NCBI GenBank assembly: GCA_019912885.1
Contig: JAIOHV010000140.1
Coordinates: 23,706-87,705 of the forward strand
Direction of reading: 5' to 3'
Length of the DNA: 64,000 nucleotides
Source: a bacterium
GTDB taxonomy: Bacteria > Lernaellota > Lernaellaia > JACKCT01
Shown: in pieces, positions 1 through 7,741 of the stretch
Layout of the letters: the number at the start of each line of letters is the position of its first letter
Numbering within the stretch: the first letter of the stretch is position 1
Notes under the pieces: model-generated
Told to the model about the DNA's origin: nothing
Seen by the model: only the letters and a program-made list of their open reading frames with translations
Database searches by the model: none
Position numbers and translations under genes: made by a program

Positions 1-6
1 ACCCGC

Positions 7-1572
7 GTGATGGAACTGACGCCCCAGGGGTTTACGGAATTGGTCGCGCTGGCCCAGGAGGTCATCGCCGCGCGGGGCAGCAAGACCTCGCTCGATGCGC
101 GGCTCGACATCTCTCTCAACGAGGACGGCACCTACAAGCGCACTGGTTTCCTCGACCAGGTCATGGACGAGGTGGAGGCGGCGCGCGGATCGGCGGTCAG
201 TCTCGATGCGCGGCTCGATGTGTCCATCAACAACGACGGCACCTATCGCCGCGTCGGGATTCTCGATGACGTCCTGGACGAGGTGGAGGCGGCGCGCGGC
301 AGCAAGGCCACGGTCGACGAGCGCCTGGATGTGTCCCTCAACAACGACGGCTCGATCAAGACGGCCGCCTTGCAGGAAAAGATCAGCCATACGGACTTGA
401 CCAACATGCCGGACACAGGCGGTTCGAACGGCGATCATGATGTCCGCTATTACCGCAAGTCCGAAATTGACACCGCCCGCGACCGCATTCATGGCGATGG
501 CGTGTTGTCGGGCCTTGATTATCTGGGCGCGGTGTATTTCTCCGGGGAAGGCCTTCGGTTGCATTTCGATTCCGGTTACGTCCTGCGAAACGGCCAGGTC
601 GTTTACGCGAGCGGCGGCTATTCCGCGCCGGTGACCGGCACCGACGGCGACTGGTACATCTCGGTCGACGGTGATGGCGGTTTGGTTACGACGCAGGACG
701 GATGGGTCGGCAGCGTGCCGATCCGCAAGCTCCATGTTTCGGACGGTGCGATCACCGCCAATTCCGACAAGCGAAACCTCATCAGCTTTCCCGACCGGCG
801 CAACGTCTTCCGCCATGCCGAGGACCACTACGATCCGGGCTTCACGACAATGGGCGGCGCGAGCCTGGCCTGGGAAGGCGTGCTTGCAATCGGCAAGGTC
901 GCGGGATGCGGCACGACCACTTACGACGGCCAGACGCGCGGCTACTGCCGGATGGTGGACGCGACGTTCGCCTCGGTCTTCGAAACCGGGATGACCGTCA
1001 CCTTCTGGAACACCGAGGACATGGAGACGCATAAGCGGATCGTCCATGCAGTGAATGCGGACCACGTCTACTTTACGTCGAGCACGTCCGTCGGACAGAA
1101 CAGCGCAGGAACCCTGGCCGAGTATCGCAAGATCGACACCAGCATCGACTTCCGGGATCGCATCCTCACTGTGCTCACCACGTCGCGCTACTCGCTGTAC
1201 GACGCCGCCAACTTCATGCCGAACGGCACCGACAAAGGGACCTGGGGCGCGACGGCGGGCGGTGAGGCCTACGGCAACTTCCGCATGAACCTGAGCCAGG
1301 TCTACACCGAAGCCGGGATCGATTTCTCGGAAAACGGTTGGTCCGATCAGCCGACCGACTGGAGCGCCGCGATGGCCTATATCCCCGGCGGAAGCCAGGA
1401 CGCGGGCACGCAGGGATGGCGCATCTTCGCCGAGGACTATGACGGCGAACTGTGGATCGCCTACGCCCACTCGTCTTGGGACGGCATCTTCGACGCGAGC
1501 ACCTACAAGGGCGGCCGCGCCAACTTCTACGTGATGATTCTCGCGAGCCCCGACCTCGGCGGCTATGTATAA
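7..1572 (+). CDS. Phage tail-fibre-like protein (frame is open to the window edge, so possibly 5' partial)
   Basis: 521-aa ORF. N-terminus has three tandem 37-aa units (AARGS-x4-LDARLD-x-S-x-N-x-DG ... DEVE), typical of fibrous phage receptor-binding proteins. Followed in the same orientation by a small ORF, a holin-like ORF and an endolysin. Confidence 0.6.
   Translation: MMELTPQGFTELVALAQEVIAARGSKTSLDARLDISLNEDGTYKRTGFLDQVMDEVEAARGSAVSLDARLDVSINNDGTYRRVGILDDVLDEVEAARGSKATVDERLDVSLNNDGSIKTAALQEKISHTDLTNMPDTGGSNGDHDVRYYRKSEIDTARDRIHGDGVLSGLDYLGAVYFSGEGLRLHFDSGYVLRNGQVVYASGGYSAPVTGTDGDWYISVDGDGGLVTTQDGWVGSVPIRKLHVSDGAITANSDKRNLISFPDRRNVFRHAEDHYDPGFTTMGGASLAWEGVLAIGKVAGCGTTTYDGQTRGYCRMVDATFASVFETGMTVTFWNTEDMETHKRIVHAVNADHVYFTSSTSVGQNSAGTLAEYRKIDTSIDFRDRILTVLTTSRYSLYDAANFMPNGTDKGTWGATAGGEAYGNFRMNLSQVYTEAGIDFSENGWSDQPTDWSAAMAYIPGGSQDAGTQGWRIFAEDYDGELWIAYAHSSWDGIFDASTYKGGRANFYVMILASPDLGGYV
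67..375 (+). repeat. Three tandem in-frame 111-nt (37-aa) repeats inside the tail-fibre gene (third copy degenerate)
   Basis: Units start at 67, 178 and 289 (gc(c/g)gcgcg(g/c)gg...ctcgatgcgcggctcga...gacgaggtggag). Read directly from the DNA and the translation. Confidence 0.8.
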
Positions 1573-1584
1573 GGAGGAACCGCC

Positions 1585-1983
1585 ATGCCGGTGAAATTCG
1601 TGTTCGACGATGCGGGCAACCTGGTGATCCGGACGCGCCTGCGGCCTCTCGCGGAGATACCTTCCGACGAGGAGATGCTGGATCGGGCGAAAGCCCGGGC
1701 CGGTGCTCAGTCCACCGAGGGTTGGCACGTCATCCAGGCGGACGATGCAACGTTCCACGCTCAGTACAAAACCGCCGCGTCTATCGCCCGCGACGTCCAG
1801 ACCGGACAGATCGCGGTCGTCCAGGCCACACCGACCGTCGTCTCCTCGGCTGAACTCGCGCGGGACGCTCGCGTCAAGGAAATCAGCGGTACAGCCGCCG
1901 CCGCGTGGGGCGTTCTCACAGCCGAGCAAAAAACCAACCTCGTTATCGAGTACTTCGAAAAGGCGATCCTGCGGATCGCATAG
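1585..1983 (+). CDS. Hypothetical phage protein (position suggests tail-fibre accessory/assembly protein)
   Basis: 132-aa ORF, 12 nt after the tail-fibre stop and preceded by aaggagg. No recognisable motif; the role is inferred from position only. Confidence 0.45.
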   Translation: MPVKFVFDDAGNLVIRTRLRPLAEIPSDEEMLDRAKARAGAQSTEGWHVIQADDATFHAQYKTAASIARDVQTGQIAVVQATPTVVSSAELARDARVKEISGTAAAAWGVLTAEQKTNLVIEYFEKAILRIA

Positions 1984-1989
1984 GGGGAT

Positions 1990-2286
1990 ATGACAATGGA
2001 ATCGAAATTCGTCTACGAGCTACTCGCCTTGATTGGCGGCGCGATGGCTGGCTACGGCGCGATGTTTGTCTTTTTGATCAAGTGGATGACCCGCAAGAAC
2101 GACGAACTCCTCAAGATCATGCTCGGCAACGACCGCGCGTGGAAGGCGCAGACCACCGAGTCGCTGGCCGACATCCGCGAGTGTGTCGATCACGGCGACT
2201 GCTGCGCGTATAAGGCCGACAAGGAAAACGTCCACGAGCGGCTGAACGAGATCCGCACGGCGGTCGTGGGACGGGAGGGCGCGTGA
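1990..2286 (+). CDS. Holin-like small membrane protein
   Basis: 98 aa with one clear hydrophobic helix (LLALIGGAMAGYGAMFVFLI) and a charged C-terminal tail. Its stop overlaps the start of the endolysin gene (2283-2286). Confidence 0.45.
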   Translation: MTMESKFVYELLALIGGAMAGYGAMFVFLIKWMTRKNDELLKIMLGNDRAWKAQTTESLADIRECVDHGDCCAYKADKENVHERLNEIRTAVVGREGA

Positions 2287-2816
2287 TGGCCGAAGCGAAC
2301 ATCATCCGCCTAGTCGAGAAACTGCCGTGGAATCCGAGCCGACCGCGCTGGCCGCAGAAGCGCAACCTGGAAAAGATCGACCGCGTGATCCTGCATCAGA
2401 GTCTCGGCCATGCGGACGTGTCCGGCAACCGCGATGTCTTCGGGATCAACAACTACCACATCAGCCCCGGCAACCACATCTCGGCCGCGGGCTGCCCGCA
2501 TATTTGCTATCACGCGTGCATTGACGACGATGGCTCCATCTACCTCTGCAACGATCTCACTGACGTTGTCTGGCACGCCGCCGCCCAGAACTCCCGCTCC
2601 ATCGGCGTCATGCTGGTCGGCGACTTCGCGGGGCCGGGACACGAAGGAGGTGAACCCACAGCGGCGCAGGAGCAGTCGTTCTTCGCCCTGGCCGAGCATC
2701 TGATGGCCACGCTGGGGCTTGTGCCCACGGCATTTTTCGGCCACTGCGACTTCGGCAAACCCGCGTGTCCGGGGACGACGGTCTACGGATGGGTCCAGCG
2801 GCTCCGGAATTGCTGA
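2283..2816 (+). CDS. N-acetylmuramoyl-L-alanine amidase endolysin (Amidase_2 / PGRP fold)
   Basis: Zn-amidase signature elements: VILHQS, NYH, VVWHAA, SIGVMLVGDF, GHCDFGKPACPG (T7-lysozyme-like H...H...C). Confidence 0.85.
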   Translation: MMAEANIIRLVEKLPWNPSRPRWPQKRNLEKIDRVILHQSLGHADVSGNRDVFGINNYHISPGNHISAAGCPHICYHACIDDDGSIYLCNDLTDVVWHAAAQNSRSIGVMLVGDFAGPGHEGGEPTAAQEQSFFALAEHLMATLGLVPTAFFGHCDFGKPACPGTTVYGWVQRLRNC

Positions 2817-2936
2817 AATAGCGCCGCTTTTCGCGCCGAAAAACTTCTCAAATACAAGCAGTTAAAGCCCACATTCGCCTTGACTTCCCCGCCCCCCGAA
2901 GCGATGTGTTTGACCACTTGAAAGGGGGCATTGTCG

Positions 2937-3890
2937 ATGGAACAATCTGGATCAGAGAATCCCAAGCACACGCTGCGCACCCTGCGCTTCGGCGTCGAGA
3001 TCGAACTCGTGATGATCTCCCGCGAGCGCGCGGCCAAGGCGGTCCAAGCGGTGGTCGGCGGCGCGGCCGCGTATCGCGGCTACGTCGATGGCCTCGATAC
3101 CTGGGTGGTCGATGACGCTCGTGGTCGCACATGGAAAATCGTATCCGACGCCTCGCTCACGAACGCGCCCGCGCACCTGCGCGTCGAGGTCGTCACGCCG
3201 ATCCTCGAATGGAATGATATCGCGGAACTCCAGGAGGTCGTGAGGGCGCTGAGGCAAACGGGCGGTCGCGTCAACGACCAGTGCGGAGTCCACGTCCACG
3301 TCGACGGTGCGCCCTTCGACGCCGCCGCGCTCGCCCGCCTGGTCAAGATTGTCAACAAACAGGAACGGCTGATCATCGACGCGCTCGCAGTCGACGAAGA
3401 TCGTCTGCGCCGGTACGCGAAGGCGAACAGCCAGGAGTTCGTCCAGAAGGTATCGACGCAGCGCGTCCGGTCGATGCGCACGCTAAATCGACTGTGGTAC
3501 GGGAAACACAACGGCCATCCGCAGCACTACGATCCGTCGAGATATAGAGGCCTAAATCTTCACCCGCTATGGTACGACCAATCGTTCGAACTCCGCTGGT
3601 TCAACGGATCGAACCACGCCGGGGTGATCCGCGCCTACATCGTGTTTTCGCTTGCCCTCGCGGCCAAGGCGCTCAATTCCAGGGCCGCCAGCGCCTCGCG
3701 CCGCGAATACGATCCGAACAACACTAAGTTTTGTTTCCGTGTTTTTCTGCTTCATCTCTCGCTCTCCGGCGACGAGTTCAAAAACGTCCGAAAGCACCTC
3801 ATGGCGCATCTCACCGGCAGTGCCGCATGGCGGCATGGGCGGCCGACGAAGAAGGGAAAGGGTGATGGGGCCGAGCAAGAAGCGAGATAA
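2937..3890 (+). CDS. Glutamine-synthetase-like amidoligase (Amidoligase_2-type)
   Basis: RFGVEIELV near the N-terminus, TWKIVSDASL, VEVVTPIL, CGVHVHVDG. GGGGG Shine-Dalgarno 7 nt before ATG 2937; the ORF track starts at TTG 2931. Confidence 0.75.
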   Translation: MEQSGSENPKHTLRTLRFGVEIELVMISRERAAKAVQAVVGGAAAYRGYVDGLDTWVVDDARGRTWKIVSDASLTNAPAHLRVEVVTPILEWNDIAELQEVVRALRQTGGRVNDQCGVHVHVDGAPFDAAALARLVKIVNKQERLIIDALAVDEDRLRRYAKANSQEFVQKVSTQRVRSMRTLNRLWYGKHNGHPQHYDPSRYRGLNLHPLWYDQSFELRWFNGSNHAGVIRAYIVFSLALAAKALNSRAASASRREYDPNNTKFCFRVFLLHLSLSGDEFKNVRKHLMAHLTGSAAWRHGRPTKKGKGDGAEQEAR

Positions 3891-4320
3891 AGCTGGCAGC
3901 CGCTCCACGATCCTTTTCGTCTACGGCACATTGAAGCACGGCCAGCGGAACCACGGCCTGATGCGCGAGGCACGATTCCTGGGCGAGGCCATCACCGCGC
4001 CCCACTACACGCTACTCGACCTGGGGCCGTTCCCCGGCCTGATCGCGGGCGGCAACACCGCCGTCCACGGCGAACTTTACGAGGTCGAGCCGAAACTCCT
4101 GGTGCGCCTCGACCGGCACGAGGGTGTGCCAAGGTTCTACATCCGCGAGGCCCTCCACCTGGACGGACGTGACAACGTCCAAAGCTATTTTCTGGTCGAC
4201 TCAGATCGAGTCCGAGACGGTATGCCTCTTATCGGCGGAATATGGATTCCGTCTCGCTCCACCTGGAATCCTGAAATCGGAAAAAACGGAATGACCCTCG
4301 CTGTCACATTCGTTTTCTAG
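3865..4320 (+). CDS. Gamma-glutamylcyclotransferase / AIG2-like (GGCT fold) protein
   Basis: ILFVYGTLKHGQRNH ... GELYEV ... LDRHEGVPRFYIRE. ATG 3865 lies inside the amidoligase 3' end (26-nt overlap). The upstream part of ORF 3652..4320 is out-of-frame overlap and is not counted. Confidence 0.8.
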   Translation: MGPSKKRDKAGSRSTILFVYGTLKHGQRNHGLMREARFLGEAITAPHYTLLDLGPFPGLIAGGNTAVHGELYEVEPKLLVRLDRHEGVPRFYIREALHLDGRDNVQSYFLVDSDRVRDGMPLIGGIWIPSRSTWNPEIGKNGMTLAVTFVF

Positions 4321-4401
4321 TATGATGCGCGGAAACGACCTGTAGGCGCTGAATACTTCCCAGGATTTTCACGCTGGCCATGCGCCACGACAGGGCTAGG
4401 C

Positions 4402-4434
4402 TTGCTCGTTTGCGAGCGGCTTTTCCTTTGTTTG
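4402..4434 (+). terminator. Weak hairpin + T-rich tract after the GGCT gene
   Basis: Stem gctcg/cgagc (4404-4408 / 4413-4417) with a tttg loop and flanking G-U pairs, followed by cttttcctttgtttg. Confidence 0.3.
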
Positions 4435-4465
4435 TCGATGGATTTCGTTTTGGGGACAGACGCTG

Positions 4466-7400
4466 ATGGCCCAGAAAACTCTTGACCCGATATCGATTCC
4501 TCGCGTGGGCATGATGGCCACGCTGCGGAACCGCCGGGCGCTCGTGGCTTCCGTGGAACCGTTTGATGCCGGTCCTGACGGTCGCCTTCACCTTGTTCGC
4601 GTCGAGTACACCGACCTTGACGGCGTACCGGAAGACGCCGTGCTTTGGGAACGCGAACAAGGCGCGACGCTACTGGAGCCGACAACCCTTCCGCAAGTTT
4701 CCGGCAGCGCGCCAATGATCCACGCTGAATACGACGCCTTGCTTCGGGCAACCCGCTGGAGCGCGATCACACCGTTCTTGAGTCCTGACGGCTCCGGAGA
4801 ACTGTCCGAGTTGCCGATATCCTCACCGTTTCACGGCGCGATCCAGGTTGATGACTTCCAATTGGTGCCGCTCCTGCAGGCGCTACAGATGCCACGAGTG
4901 TCTCTGCTGCTGGCCGACGACGTCGGCCTCGGCAAGACCATCGAAGCGGGCCTCGTCCTTACGGAACTCCTGATTCGGCGGCGCATCCGACGCGTCTTGA
5001 TCATCTGCCCGGCGTCGCTGCGAAACCAGTGGCGGCAGGAGATGGAGCAAAAATTCGCGCTGTCCTTCGACATCGTCGACCGGCCAGAAACCCACGCACT
5101 CCAGAAGCGCCTTGGTTTGCACGCCAATCCTTGGCGCGTCTTTCCACGCGTCGCCACGTCCTACCATTACCTGCGCCAACCCGACGTGCTGGAACAGTTT
5201 CTTTCCACTTGCCGTCCGACCGATCCGGACGCGCCGCTCGCTGCGCAGCTTCCCTGGGATCTGCTCGTCGTCGACGAGGCCCACAACCTGATGCCCTCGA
5301 ACTTCGGCGACGACAGCGACCTGACGAAGATGTTGCGTAGCATCACCCCATACTTCGAGCACAAACTCTTCCTGACCGCGACGCCGCACAACGGACACAC
5401 GCGGTCGTTTTCAGGTCTTCTGGAACTGCTCGACCCGGTTCGCTTCACCCAGACAAGCGATTTCAGCGATGACGAAAAGGCCCGTGTCGAGACGGTGGTC
5501 GTTCGACGCCTCAAGCGCGAGATCAACGAACTGGACGACCGCCTGAAACGGCCTCGTCGTTTTGCAGAACGCTACTTGGTTCCGGTCCCACTCTACTTCC
5601 ACCGGGAGGAAAAGCTCCTGGCCGAAGCAGTCGAGTCGTTCCGTAAAAAGGTCAAGACGCTGATCGCCGCCTCAAGCCGGACGGAACAATTGGCCGGATC
5701 GTTTGCGGTCGAGGTTCTGAACAAGCGATTGCTGTCCTGCCCCTATACCTTTGGCGAATCCTGGTGTCGATTCAAAAACGGACTCTCCGAAGAGGAAGCT
5801 GCCGATTCTGAAGAGGTCGCGGCCGCCAAGCGCGCCAGCGAAGCAGACATCGACGACGACCGGGAGCGTGAAGATCGAACGCGCCATGCGGTGCGAACTG
5901 TCGGCGCGTGGTTGAAGCCTCTGGTAACCACGCTGCAGGAACACATCAGTGCCATCGATACAACGCTACAGCATCTCGGTATCGCTTGGCGCGACGACTC
6001 GCCCACCGATCCCAAAAAGGACAGCCGCCTGGACCGAGTCATCGAACTGATCAACAAACACCTGCGGCGCGACCGGCAGTGGCTCGATGATGAGCGCCTG
6101 GTCATTTTTACGGAATACAAGACGACGCTCGACTACCTCGAACGACGCTTGAAGGCAGCCTTCGAGGACGACGGTGAACGCATCCGTATTCTGTATGGCG
6201 GCATGGATCAGGCTGACCGCGATTTGATCCGCGACGCTTTCAATGACCCCAACGACCCGATCCGAATTCTGATCGCTACGGACGCGGCCTCGGAAGGTCT
6301 GAACCTGCAAGAGACCGCCCGCCTGATGCTGCATTTCGACATCCCCTGGAACCCGTCGCGTCTTGAGCAACGCAACGGCCGCCTGGACCGACATGGTCAA
6401 GCGCGGGACGTGAGCGTCCATCACTTCGCCAGCGAAGACGACGCCGATCTCAAGTTCCTTGGGCACGTGGTGAAGAAAGTGGAAACCATCCGAGAGGACC
6501 TCGGATCGATGGGCGAGGTTTTTGATGCAGCGTTCGCCCGCCGATTCGTCGACCTGGAGGACTCGGATCGAGTCATTAGCGGCCTCGACCGCGATGTGGA
6601 GACGAACCGCAATCGCGCCGAGGTGCCCCGGAAAAAAAACATGTCGACCGGCGAGCAGGAAAAGAGCCGCCTCGAACAGATGTGCCGCGAGATCGATCTC
6701 ACTCCGGAGACGCTTCGCTCCACGCTTGAAATCGCACTTGGCCTCGGGATCGGAATGCGCTGTTTGGAAGGGCCGGACGAACGAGGACGGTTCAAGCTTG
6801 GTCATCGGCCGCCAAAGTGGGAATCACTGATTAACGATTCCGTTCGCTTGAAAGGCAAGAGCGGTGTTCCCGGCCCTATGCCCGGTCTCATTTTCGATCC
6901 TCTGCTATTCGTCCAAAGGAACAATGGGCGCCCGGTTTTCAGGCCTGCCAAGGACACCGTGCTCCTTCATCTGGGACATCCGATGTTCCGGCATGCGCTC
7001 GTCACCTACGCCCGAGCGCGTTTTCCGGGGGCTGGGGGCGATTTCGCCGCGAGCCGATGGTGTGTGCGGCATGGCGATGTTCCGGCAGGAACCGATGCCT
7101 TGGTCCTGCTGACCGTGGAAGAACTGGGCGTCAACGAATTGCGCGAGCCGTTTCACCATTGGGTTCGCACGATCCAGATTCCAGTCAAGGGCGGCGAACT
7201 TAAAAATCCTCTGCCCCATGTTGTTCCGGCGGCCTGTTCCAGCGGAGCCGCTCCTGCGGGTGATCGAGCCGTAAAGCGAGCAAAGGACCTTTGGGAGGAG
7301 ATCGATCCCGACCTCGCCACGATGTTGAAGTCCGAAACCGAACGCTTGACCACCCTCGTTCGGGCGCACATGGAGAAGCGATTCAAGGTCGCCGCTGTCG

Positions 7401-7741
7401 AGGAGAAGAAGACCTTCGATCATCGCCAGAAAGAGATCGAGCGGCTGATGAGTGAGAACAACATCAAGAAGCTCGAAAAAGAACGCGACAAGCTCCTTGC
7501 CGTGATGAAGCAGCAGGAATTATTCGCGCCACAGGTGCGCGACCAAGAGGAGCGCCTGCGTGACCTGGAAGAGGAATTGAAGAGGCGGCGCAGCCACTAC
7601 CAGGATTTGCTCGACCGTCTCAAGATCGAACGTAAGCGGGTCCTGGAGCAGATCCTGCCCCAGCGATACAGCCTGCGTGGGAAGGTCCAGGTTTTCCCCG
7701 TTGCCGTGGAGATTCTCTTACCGAGGGAGGTTCGGCCATGA
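4466..7741 (+). CDS. SNF2-family helicase (DISARM DrmD-like)
   Basis: LADDVGLGKTIEAG (motif I), LLVVDEAHNL (II), LFLTATPHNG (III), ILIATDAASEGLNLQ (V), WNPSRLEQRNGRLDRHGQ (VI). Coiled-coil-rich C-terminus. Stop overlaps the next start (ATGA 7738-7741). Confidence 0.85.
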   Translation: MAQKTLDPISIPRVGMMATLRNRRALVASVEPFDAGPDGRLHLVRVEYTDLDGVPEDAVLWEREQGATLLEPTTLPQVSGSAPMIHAEYDALLRATRWSAITPFLSPDGSGELSELPISSPFHGAIQVDDFQLVPLLQALQMPRVSLLLADDVGLGKTIEAGLVLTELLIRRRIRRVLIICPASLRNQWRQEMEQKFALSFDIVDRPETHALQKRLGLHANPWRVFPRVATSYHYLRQPDVLEQFLSTCRPTDPDAPLAAQLPWDLLVVDEAHNLMPSNFGDDSDLTKMLRSITPYFEHKLFLTATPHNGHTRSFSGLLELLDPVRFTQTSDFSDDEKARVETVVVRRLKREINELDDRLKRPRRFAERYLVPVPLYFHREEKLLAEAVESFRKKVKTLIAASSRTEQLAGSFAVEVLNKRLLSCPYTFGESWCRFKNGLSEEEAADSEEVAAAKRASEADIDDDREREDRTRHAVRTVGAWLKPLVTTLQEHISAIDTTLQHLGIAWRDDSPTDPKKDSRLDRVIELINKHLRRDRQWLDDERLVIFTEYKTTLDYLERRLKAAFEDDGERIRILYGGMDQADRDLIRDAFNDPNDPIRILIATDAASEGLNLQETARLMLHFDIPWNPSRLEQRNGRLDRHGQARDVSVHHFASEDDADLKFLGHVVKKVETIREDLGSMGEVFDAAFARRFVDLEDSDRVISGLDRDVETNRNRAEVPRKKNMSTGEQEKSRLEQMCREIDLTPETLRSTLEIALGLGIGMRCLEGPDERGRFKLGHRPPKWESLINDSVRLKGKSGVPGPMPGLIFDPLLFVQRNNGRPVFRPAKDTVLLHLGHPMFRHALVTYARARFPGAGGDFAASRWCVRHGDVPAGTDALVLLTVEELGVNELREPFHHWVRTIQIPVKGGELKNPLPHVVPAACSSGAAPAGDRAVKRAKDLWEEIDPDLATMLKSETERLTTLVRAHMEKRFKVAAVEEKKTFDHRQKEIERLMSENNIKKLEKERDKLLAVMKQQELFAPQVRDQEERLRDLEEELKRRRSHYQDLLDRLKIERKRVLEQILPQRYSLRGKVQVFPVAVEILLPREVRP

